From the NCBI GenBank assembly GCA_012295275.1, contig CM022675.1:12090001-12154000 (forward strand): a DNA stretch of 64,000 bases, in the 5' to 3' direction. Position numbers and translations under genes: made by a program. Below are positions 23,480 through 35,252 of this stretch, piece after piece (positions within the stretch are counted from its first letter, which is position 1; each line of letters opens with the position of its first letter). The notes under the pieces are model-generated. The model had not been told where the DNA came from. It saw only the letters and a program-made list of their open reading frames with translations, and did not search any database. The DNA is from Chrysomallon squamiferum. Lineage: Eukaryota > Animalia > Mollusca.

Positions 23480-24549
23480 CATATACATATATATATTACA
23501 TATATATATATGTATGTAAAATTGTTTTCATTTTTTTTTATGTGATTCATGAACATATTGATGTATTCAAATTAAGCTCTTACTTGTTTGTTTTTTTGTT
23601 TTTTGTTTGTTGGGGGTTTTTGTGGGTTTTTTTTTTTTTTGAATTTTTATCTATGTAATTATATGAGACGTAAGATAAACTATACAGTACAATATATTTA
23701 ATTGTTGTTTGTGACTGGCAGCATCTTGTTAATGTTGCTTATTTCTTCTGTTTTGTTAATAGTGGATTTTACAAAGTGTTTCATTGTTTCAGAACTCTGT
23801 ATAGTATAACTGTGGTTTTTTTTAGTAAGAACCCAATACATTTGTTTATTTATTTAATATTTGTTGACTTTAGTATTTTAACAACAGAGTACACCTGGTG
23901 GAACAATATTATGTTACATTACCTGTGATATTTGTGTACCTGATTTAATTTCTTTTTGTGCTTTTAAACACTGTACTTAAGGCACATCTGTGATATATAT
24001 ATATATTTTTTTTTTTATAAAATTACTTACATTTTTTAAACTTTAACAGGAAACATCGAATGAAATGCTCAAATCTATGATTTTATTAATTTACTGTATC
24101 TAATTATTGTTTTAAATCTGTTTGTTACTGATCTTTGTTAAAAAAAGATTTTTGCTCAAATGTTCAAGTGATACCTTGTCTTTGTGTGCAAGTTTTGAAT
24201 TACTGATAAAAATGGAAAGTAAATAAACTTGTAGGCAGTTTTATTCAAAATATTATTTGTGAGTTCTTAACTTGAAATTTTAGTATCAGAAAATAATAAT
24301 AATAATAACAGAAAAAGAAAATGTATATATAATCTTACTTGATGCATATAATCTTTATTAAGAAAATGTTTTTTGTTTTTTTAATTAATATTTTTTCCTG
24401 TTTCCATTTGTTGTGATAAGGCATTTTATAACGCATAATATGGTTGATTGTTTTTAATGTTTGTTTTTAATTTCACCGAGTTTTGTTTTAACTAATGTTT
24501 TCTTTAATTGACAATTGTGATAATGAACAAATATCTTTTATATTGTCGT

Positions 24550-25060
24550 GTAAATGTTTAACATTTCTTTTTAATGTGATTAAATATTACTGAATCTCTG
24601 ATTTTTGACATAAGATAAATTACACATACGTGTTTTTTAAATTACTTTTTAATGTGGCTAAATACCTTTTTTGAGAATAATTTTATTTTAGATCAATCTC
24701 TATATTATTTAACACCTAATATCTTTTTATATTATATATTGTGCCTTTTTTAATATTTATTTCTAATGTCATTAAATATAATTTTCAAAATAATTTTATT
24801 TTGAATCACATTTGTTTGATCATGCAGATAAGTTTTATATCGTCTGCTGTCTTTTTTTTTTTTAAATGTTTCTTTTTAATGTGACTAAATATTGTTTTAA
24901 ATATATTTATCACCAAATATCATTTTATTATATATTACGTCTTTTTAAATATTTCTTTTTAATATCACTAAATATTGTTTTAAGAAACATTTTATTTTAG
25001 ATTACATATTACCTTTATATTTCTTTTTAATGTTATTAAATATTGTTTTTAAGTCTTATT
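24550..25060. repeat. Degenerate AT-rich tandem repeat
   Basis: About 6 recurrences of tttctttttaatgtgactaaatattgttttaa-like cores. Confidence 0.6.
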
Positions 25061-25335
25061 TTAGCTAATACGGACTGTGATATTTTAACATCAATTAAAT
25101 AACAAATGATACATTATAACTGATTGTTTTTAATGTCATTAAATTTTGGAGTTAAAATGATTATGCATCTTCGTTCTAGTTCTTTTATAAAATGTTCTAA
25201 AATAATCGTGACCTTACGTAATGTGGTGTCTGTACTGTTTTCGTCAAACGTTTCCATGTTAAATGAACCAGCTACGTATTTGTGTAGGCATATAATTATT
25301 ATTATTATCCTTGCGTTTTATATCTATATGTACAG

Positions 25336-25547
25336 GTATGGTAGGATTTGTATGGTGTTGTATCTGGGTTTGTTTCGTTTATGACACACCTGCCGAGTGT
25401 CCGAAAATTACCGATCTAGAACGGAGATATATAGAATCGTCCCTCAAAAGTAAAGGTCATAGAGTTAAGGCAAGTTTTAAATTGCCCTTTGATAATAATT
25501 CGGTTTATTTTATCTGAGATACATACACAGGGGAAGGTACACACGCA

Positions 25548-25584
<37 letters not shown>

Positions 25585-26490
25585 AATTCCAAATTATTAC
25601 TTTGCTGTCTGGGGCAAATTATTACAGTAAAAGAAAATAAATAAATGCTGCCATTTTATTCCTCTCCATATGTAGTTGTGACGTCATCGTTTACATGGCG
25701 GACTAATCGCTCTTTTTTTTTTGTTCCCGTTTTTCTTTTTTCCTGTTTTTTCTATTTTTATTTTTCCTTTTTTAAAACCTGACCTAAAATTAACTTCAAA
25801 GCAAATCGGTCCTCGGTTGTACTATATATCCTTACAACTATGCCCGATCAGTAAGTAGTCTGGTATGATTACGTCTGCTTGTGAAGAGTAACGTCCCTTG
25901 TCAGTTTTAAGTGAATTATGGGCTCTTTTGCGCGGACAAGAATTCAGATGTGACTAGTCCCAGAATGTGTTTGACGTGACTTAATGATGTTTTGTTTTTC
26001 TGGGTAATCTTGCAGCTGAAATCTACCCCTTGTTAGCAGAGATCTTGCGCCATATTTATTAATTTGCTAAAGATTAATTATTTGTTTTACTGATGTAAAA
26101 AAGGTCATCAAAAAAAATCCCATTTTCAGTTGTTATTGCTATTACATATGACTGGTACATTTGATGATATTGTTATTACTAATATTTCATTTATAAATTT
26201 ATTACTCTTGTTGTTACTGATAATTTTACGTAGATAACGACACCCATTTTGAAGCACTAATCTTTGGAACATTTGTATTAAATTGGAATATTGCTGTTGT
26301 TCTTAACTTCCAGGGAACTGCAGAAGAATGGCAAGTGACCTTTTTCATTGCCGCTGGTGTATATGTCTTCGGTGCTACGTTTTACACCGTATTTGGCACC
26401 GCTGACATACAAGACTGGGCAGCAGTTAATAAAGTAATGGAAGAAATTGACGCGGGCCCAGATACTTCTTTTCGGAACTCATCCAATTAA
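25336..26490 (+). pseudogene. SLC17 (sialin/MFS anion transporter)-like gene relic, only two exons
   Basis: Exon 25336-25469 GMVGFVWCCIWVCFVYDTPAECPKITDLERRYIESSL (TM6/central loop; probable GC donor aag|gcaagt). Terminal exon 26314-26490 GTAEEWQVTFFIAAGVYVFGATFYTVFGTADIQDWA...stop (TM12). AATAAA at ~26539. No other SLC17 exons were found. Confidence 0.75.
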
Positions 26491-27510
26491 GGAAGCCATA
26501 CAAGAAGAGGAAGAGGATGCATAAGACTTTTAAGAACCAATAAAGATTTTGAATCTTGTCTAACATCAGCACGAGGCACGTCCAAGATGGCGCCTATCTA
26601 TATTCTTTTTTTTTCTTTTTTTTTTTCTTTGCAGATGTAACATCATCTCTCTTGTCTTCGTGTGTTTCTTTTTTTCGCAATCTCTTTGTCGACTTCCGCT
26701 CCATTTTTAGGATTTATTTCTTTCTAAATTTTTCTGGTTTATGTTTTATAAACTCTGCTGAAATAGTTTTAAAACAATATATAAAATAACCTTATGAATT
26801 TATAACGATATTAATATAACTAAAAACGATATGTTTGTATCTAGTATATTTTATTAATGTCATTTTATGGTAGAATACAAGAATATATAAAACACAGTAT
26901 TACTCTATTATAATAATTTTACAATGGAAAAAAAAAATTATTTATTTATTTATATTTTTAACAAATATTTATTTATGTATTTTTTGAAGACAAAACTATT
27001 ATTGTTATTTAATCTATGTTTTCTGAAGAATGAAATAAATATTGTTTAAGCTGTCTGCGTTTGAATTATGTGTTTACCTTTGCCTTTCATAAGTAACAAA
27101 TAATAACTATTTAGTCCGGATCAGTGACTGACAGCCTGGGCGTAAGGGCCCCCAGGGGGCGTTTTTGATGCGAGGCTAAGCCTGAAGCTTTTCTAGCACA
27201 TAATACGTTCATTATAATCCACAAATGAAATAATGAATATCCATTAAACATTTAAAAAAAAAAAAAAAGGAATTCTACTTTTTTTGCATCTTTGTTGAAA
27301 TTTGAGTAGTTATAACTTTATTCGTTAAATTTTAAAGTAAATTTTAATAAACAGCATTTAAGTTTAATTCATTAATTCTAAAATTATTGTGAGTTTGGTG
27401 TTTTAGATAAAATGATTTTGTCGAAATATTAAACGACAGGTTTTTGTTTTTTTCCTTCTTTTTATTCAGCTGTATAAGCAATAACTACTGTAATTATACT
27501 GTATTCTTCC

Positions 27511-27565
<55 letters not shown>

Positions 27566-29100
27566 ATCATCATCATTATCATCATTATAATCATAATTAT
27601 TATTATTAAAAACATTAACAACAACAAATCAAATGACAGAAAAAATAATACAGTAAATAAAAACTAAGGATGAGATTAAAAATAAAAGACAAAGTGGTTT
27701 TAAATATTAGGAGGAATAAAAAAAAAAATCCCAAATCAAAAAAAAAAAAAAAAAAAAAATTAAAAAAGAAAGAAAATAAATAAACAAGATTAATAAAATA
27801 ATAATAAAAACATACCGAAAAATCTCATTTAAAATTTAAAAGCATACATTTCAAAATCCACGACGTAACTATTACACTACACAATATTACATTTTTAACT
27901 GTTTAGAACGATATAAGGTTATATAAACTGTTGGTTTCGGAGCAAAATGCTACCTATTTTGTTTCTGTGTATTGGTTTCCATGACAATCGTGTTCACCTC
28001 GGCAAGTGCTTCACCAATTTCAAATTATCACATAGTTCTGAGTTTGTTATTTAAATAATTACTTTAAGTCTTGTATTTAATTATGTATAATGCTAGATTG
28101 GACGAGGCTAAAATAAATAACCAAACAGAACAATTCGAAATAGTTTTTTGTTGTCGAAAAAAATACGAAACTACCAAATGAGTCGTCTGTCATACTTTGC
28201 AACATGGCCACCAAAAGTTACCTGTGAACATAAACAATGCCTATCATAATTAGAACTTAATACACAAACAGGTAAAACTTGGAAATGATAAAGATTGATG
28301 TATTATAAAATTTAACTTTCGTAATATAAATCATCTTCGGCAGAGTTATGGAATAACGATAGATTTATGCAAGGATTTTGTCTTTTCTAAAATCTTAAGA
28401 AATGTGCCGGTGCTCGATCATTCAATCATTATCACATAATTTTACAGTCATTATTCTTTATATTTAATTATTTATTGCACGCAGATTACAAATGATATTA
28501 ATCAACGTTTGTTTGCGATATACACAACACGTAACTGCTATTTCAATAGGTATTTATTGTAAAATACGAAACCAGGAAACGATCGCCATGTTAACTTAGC
28601 AACAAAGGTAGCAGCAACAAGCACTTAGATGCAAAGGTGAAACTATTGGGAATAGATCAAGGCAGGTGTTTTATAAAATAGAATAATGCTAAATTAATAC
28701 AAGGATTCTGCAACTTCGGATTCGTTTACCGGGCTATGGCTGATGAATGGCGTTAGCATCTACGAAGTTGCGGCCATGTTGCAAGTGTATTTATAATAAT
28801 CCCTGTTGGTATAGCCTGGTATCGCAGTATTTTATTACTAGGAAGAAATAAAAAATAAACGATACTACTAGTACTGTTTCTACTACCATGACTTTCACTG
28901 CTACTGATAGTACTTTAATAGCCAACGATCCCAACTTAATCACGTCATGTCATATATTGATAAATAAATTCTGTTATGATATATTTTCTGAAATACTTAA
29001 GTTCACCATAGCTCAAGATTCAGTTAAAAGTATTCATAATATTCGCAAATATATAGGTACAAAAAAAAAAAGAAAGAAAAAATTTTAATATCTGACTTGG

Positions 29101-29143
<43 letters not shown>

Positions 29144-29212
29144 TGTATATATTTATTTATAACCTATAATATGACTATTTGGATTACAGATTGAAGGCAA
29201 CATGACATCATT

Positions 29213-29459
29213 ATGACAGCACGGATTACCCCAATTGACCAGATGGCTATTAGGTCAGAAGTTCCTGAAATGGAACAACTTGATAAACCAGTCATTAAAG
29301 AACAAACAAAAGCAGATAGAGATGTTGGAACGCCACTTGGACAGAGTGTAAGTGATCCAAACATTTTATTAGTATTAACAAATACTATTTCTATAGTATT
29401 TTACAACTGTCAATGCTGCTTAAAAACAAACAAAAACTACAACAAAAAAAACCCAACAG

Positions 29460-29490
<31 letters not shown>

Positions 29491-31041
29491 AAACCAATAA
29501 AAACCAAATAAAATGCTGAATAGTTATTGCATTAACTTCAGCATAGTTTCTTCCTTTATCTTAATGTCAGAATTATTCTTTCAACGATAATTTTATAATT
29601 AAGATTCTTACTGTCATAATTTAGTACATCTTATGCAATCAAATTTTTTGTTTGCTTGTTTCCTTATTGAAAAAATTAACATTTAACATATTTTAATATT
29701 AATGTTTATGTATGTCAGTTGATCTTTTTTTTTTTTTTGTGCAAGTTTGTATTCATATAATAATTAGTTAAATTTTACTCTTTGTAGAATGAAGACATAG
29801 CCTGGATCCGAAGCAACTTTAAAAAGAGAGAATGTGCTTGTTTTATCAAACAGCCAGAGTAAGTTGATGCTAAGATTTATTAATAATCATAAAAATAATT
29901 TAAAAAAAATATATAAAGTAACAATAAATAAAATAAAAAAATAAAAAAAACTCTCTTCTGGGATTTATTTTATATTAAGATTTAATATTTAAATTTAGAT
30001 CAGTTATGACTTAATTCCTATCCTAGATTTTCTTTCCTTTTATGATGAAGTAGAAACAAACTATAAAAACAAAGTATAGATTATGTTTAAGAAAATAACC
30101 CCAGTCAGCTATTAAACTTTTGTTCTAGAAAGATAAATTATTGATGCACCAGTACATATACAGAATATTGACCTTTTAACAAATGCATTCTTTTTTGTAA
30201 AAATAAATAATTAACAAAATAGAAAACCCTTCTTTAGTCCTTTTGACAGGGTATACTCAATAAAATCTTGATCGAATGGTATCTTATTATTCTGTGTCAC
30301 ATTACTCTAAGTATGAGGATAGGAGTGAAACATAGTAATAAAGGAGATAAAATTTTCATGGTGAAACTTTATTAAAAACATTTTTGATATTTATTGCACT
30401 ATAACTGTGACTGGTTTTAAATGACTGGCATTTTCTAAGTGTTTTTTTAACACTGAAACTATCAGATGCTTTTCAAATAACTCATTTATTTACAGTAATA
30501 ATGATGCAGATCCACTATGTCAGTGTGGATATCCAAAATCTGGACATCAGGACAAATTTATAGTGAAGGAAGGTGCGATATGGAAAACAAATGAAAACAC
30601 CAAAAACATATCCAACAGACTTTTTGGAGAAATTGAATTTTCTGGCTTAGGTGACAAAGTCTCAAAAGTAAGGAAAATTTTTTGTGTGATGGTGCATGTG
30701 CATATTTTTTTTTGTTTATGAGACTGTATATATGTTTGTTATTCACATACATATCTGTATCTATAATCAGTGTATCTTTATATGTATCTCTTACAAATCT
30801 ATATCGATATCAGTGAATCTTCATATGTATCTCATCTAGATATCTGTATCTGTATCTGTATCAGTGTACCTTTATGTGTATCTCACAAACATATCTGTAT
30901 CTCTCTATAATCAATATATCTTTATATGTATCTCTCATATACATATCTGTATCAATGTATCTTTATATGTATATATCTTTGGGTCTCTAATATGTCTATA
31001 ACTTTGTGCCTAAACATATAGATCCACCTACACCTTTATTT

Positions 31042-31097
<56 letters not shown>

Positions 31098-31241
31098 TGT
31101 GTGTGTGTGTGTGTGTGTGTCTTTGTCTTTACATGTATTTGTTTCTCTACTTTTCTGTGTAATTTAATTATGTAAAAGGATTCAAATGACTTTATTTTAT
31201 GCAATCTTGAGTCATTGACACACTCACGCATGCATGCGTGT

Positions 31242-31278
<37 letters not shown>

Positions 31279-31973
31279 TACTGAGAGATGCACACACAAT
31301 ATGTTGTATACAAATTCAGACATGTTTGGGTATACACAAAACAATATTTTATTCACAACCTAAAACATATAATTACATTTTTTTAATGAATATTTTACTA
31401 CATTATTGATTCTATGTATTTTTTTTTTCTTTAATTTAATTTTTATTTATTATCAGTACATTCGTGTAGATGTAGACACTGACGTTGAAAAGGTTGTAAA
31501 GCTGATGGTTGACAATTGGGGTCTTGTGAAACCTAACTTACTCATTTCTGTGACTGGTGGTGCTCAGACCTTTCACTTGAAAACTAGACTGAAAGATGCT
31601 TTCAAACGAGGTCTCATGAAAGCTGCCCTCAGTACAGGTAAGCTAATTTTTACCTGTGTTATTTCTAAACAGTCGTTCAGACTCACGTATCTCTGTCTAT
31701 ATCTGTGTATCTTCAAATGTGTCTGTCACATAATATCCCTCATTTAATATCAAAACAGTTACTGATTCAAAGCAATTTTCTGTCTGAGTGCTGTGTGAGA
31801 GAAGGATACAATTGGCATCAGGCAAATTCATCTTCATATGTTTTACAGAAAAAAAACCTAAATTTAATCACTAATATAAACCAAAAAAGCATTATTAAGA
31901 TTTAGGAATCTGTATACAGACAATCAAAAAAAAAAAAGTAGAAACAGTTTCATCTTCCTATAATAATAATAAT

Positions 31974-32036
<63 letters not shown>

Positions 32037-35000
32037 AATATAACAAAAACAAAATGTGAAAACAAAAACAAACTAACAAGCCAGCCATTGAGAACTTCTT
32101 TGTAATTTCTTGGTTGTAAATTTTGGACAAATTTAAAAAAAAAATACCTTATATTTCTAGAACTTCTTCTTATTAAATTTATAATAAATATTTAGAAATA
32201 TTTGACACTTCCAAAACTTCTTCTTAGATCCACATCTGCTTGTAAATTTTTTTTAATAAATATTTAAAAATATCTGATACTTCCAGGAGCCTGGATAATT
32301 ACTGGAGGAACAAACGCTGGAGTGATGAGACATGTAGGTGAAGCAGTTCGGGATTTCGGTCTAACTGCAAACAAACAGGGTCAGGTCATTGCCATTGGCA
32401 TAGCACCATGGGGTTGCATTGATAAAAGACAAGAACTCGTTGACACAAAAGTGAGTAAATATGTTCAGTTATTTTGCTTTATGCATGCTTCTCAAATGGA
32501 AATAAATTTGCAGAGAATCATGGAGCTGCTTTCAGAACAGAACAGAACTGAAGTAAATTCATATGTTATTTTCTTCCATGCATGGGCATCTTAAATGAAA
32601 TCATAGCTTTGACAACAGAAGAGAACTCATAGATGTAAACATTCAATGGACTGTTCATTTTTGACAGCAGAAAAGAATCATTTTATATGAGTATTCTGAT
32701 GGAGTATATGGATATCAGTGGTCTCCCCATCATTTGTGAAAGGGATGGTGGGAATTGGTGTAATTGGTGCAAGTAATACGAAGGGATGATACAGAAAATG
32801 TTCAGTGTATAACTACTTTGAACAATGTTCAAATGACTTGTTTGTCTAAAATACTCCTATAAATAACAGCAAGTTTATTTTATTTGCAGTTAAATAAATT
32901 CAGAGTGTCTATTTTATTTATTATACGAAAGAAAGTTCACAGAATAAAAGGGTGGCAGATACTGCTGCCATGGTGACGAACGGCAGGCGAACTTGTAAGC
33001 TGTGAAAAAAATAAATAAATGGAAGAAGAAACAATTTATATAAAAACTGAGGAATGAATTGATCTTATGTACCATCATATCTCAGTCGAAATCTTCACAA
33101 ATAAAATAATTAATACCCATTATCTACTTGATATGTTTTCTATAAAAGTGCAGTGTTTATGATTATTTTCCTAAAATATCTGATAATGCAATTTATGTTA
33201 AAAAAAAAGGGACACATATACATGCAAGCATAAATATCTGCATTCACACCCTCACATACTTATATTCTTGTTATATTTTTCAGGGAAAGTGGCCTGCCAG
33301 TTACAAAATAACAAAGCAGGCAACCAAGAAAGAATGTTTTCTTGATCCTAACCACTCACATTTTATTTTGATTGACAATGGAACACAACATAAATTTGCT
33401 GTGGAAATTCCTTTCCGGGCCAAACTGGAGAGTACAATAGCAAATATGAAAACTGATACAGGACAAGGTGAATATATTTTATATTCACTATGAAAGAAAA
33501 TAATAAACTTCAATCAAAATTAGCAGGATAATCATAATCTGTGACCGTAACGAGTTGCTAAGATTTTAAAGTAATCGTATTTGTAATATAACCCCTATTA
33601 CAGTGAGAGTCTTTTGCACAGACAATTTTGCTTGTATTACATTACCAAGAATTTTATTAAGACTTCATTTACTTGAATAATACAATTCCTCCCAGATGCT
33701 GTCAGGGTTCCAGTGTGTATGCTGGTTCTTGAAGGGGGACCTGGGACTCTGGAAACCTGCTGTAGTGCCATTGAGAAAGGAACTCCTGCTGTCATCATTA
33801 AGGTACTGTTCAATTTGTATACTGAATTTGAACAATATATCATCTTTAATAATCTTTAGTTATATGTTTATGGGTGCATCCACTGCAAAATAACATACAT
33901 TGAGTAATGAAAATCAGTTATGTTTCCCTTAATGCCCCATTTGATCATTCAAACCACTGAAATGTAAGCAAGGTCATGGTTGGGTGAGCAGAAGAAAAGA
34001 GATGCCATCCTATTTTCAGTTATAACTTTTTTTAATTTTTAGCTGTTTTCTTGCAGTAATTACTGTTTCTGTATCTGTATGAAGAATGTAAAATTTAATA
34101 GTGTAGGATTGTTTGTTACTGAAAGTTTAATTCCATGTATTATGTTACCAGCTCAGTTTGTGACTAAACATTAATGTTGCAAACTTGAATAATGGTAAAT
34201 ATTATTACGTATAAAATAGGAAGTTATCCTTGCACGGTGTCATTTTATTATGGTCACTATTCCTGTCTCTGTTACAATGTTTAAATGTTTATCTTTTATA
34301 ACAGAACATTTTATTGTGTAATAAATACTGTAATTTGTCTAGTAAATTTGTCTATAAATTGGTAACTGTCACAAAATTGATTTATAACCAAATGGGTATA
34401 CGTAACATGATTACTTGTAACAAAGCATTGTTAATGAAAGGGTGGTATTGAAATGTCTGGTAACAAAAGTGTTTTATAACAAAATTGGCCCGTAACAAAA
34501 TGTCCCATACTCAATTTTCAGGGATCAGGCAGAGCTGCAGACATCTTGGCTTATGCTTATCAGAACTCAAAAGAAGAGGAAGTTGAAAAGTGTGACAAAG
34601 AAGGAAGAATTCAGAAACAGTAAGTATATCTTTTTAAAGTGTAGCTTATTGTGTTGTTTCTTTACTAGTTTCTTTGTTACATTTTTTATTTTATTTTTAT
34701 TTTTTTGTAACAGCAACCAAACTTTGTTAATAATAAAATATATAATTAAGTAGAAATATTTTGAATGTGTGCATGTGTGTGTGTTTATGTGCAAACTCCA
34801 AACTTTGTTAATAATAAACTGTTGTAAATGACTTTCTAAAATTTTATTATTTATTACTGATTTTCTTGCTATTATTTTTATCATCATCGTTTATTTATCT
34901 TATATCAGTGCTGTTTTCTTTGTTTGTTTTTTTTTATTTGTTTTTTTTAAAATAATTTTACTAAGACAAAACAAGGACCTAAAAAAACTTATCCAAAATT

Positions 35001-35052
35001 TAAATTTAATAAATTTCAAAAAATTACATTTCAGAACTCAGGACTGTTATTG
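29213..35052 (+). CDS. TRPM2: TRPM2-like channel, copy 2 (start codon to MHR region; truncated by assembly gap)
   Basis: Exons 29213-29347 (MTARITPID...), 29788-29858 (AWIRSNFKKREC), 30496-30667 (CQCGY...FGEIEF), 31457-31637 (YIRV...PNLLISVTGGA), 32287-32450, 33284-33467, 33696-33802, 34522-34619, 35035-gap; phases continuous. Confidence 0.88.
31751..35052 (+). repeat. Segmental duplicate of window positions 1-3340
   Basis: Exons and introns align base for base with offset ~31.7 kb (caaaacagttactgattcaa at 1 and 31751); scattered SNPs and small indels. Confidence 0.97.
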
Positions 35053-35252
35053 NNNNNNNNNNNNNNNNNNNNNNNNNNNNNNNNNNNNNNNNNNNNNNNN
35101 NNNNNNNNNNNNNNNNNNNNNNNNNNNNNNNNNNNNNNNNNNNNNNNNNNNNNNNNNNNNNNNNNNNNNNNNNNNNNNNNNNNNNNNNNNNNNNNNNNNN
35201 NNNNNNNNNNNNNNNNNNNNNNNNNNNNNNNNNNNNNNNNNNNNNNNNNNNN
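35053..35252. other. Assembly gap (200 N)
   Basis: Run of exactly 200 N, probably an arbitrary scaffolding spacer. Confidence 0.99.

Noticed and set aside
27100-27200. GC-rich patch (gggcgtaagggcccccagggggcg) as a structured RNA or tRNA
   Set aside because: No cloverleaf or recognisable ncRNA motif; more likely a repeat fragment, unsupported without a search
35035-35052. Extra G frameshift in the last exon fragment of TRPM copy 2
   Set aside because: Within ~12 bp of a contig end, where base quality is unreliable
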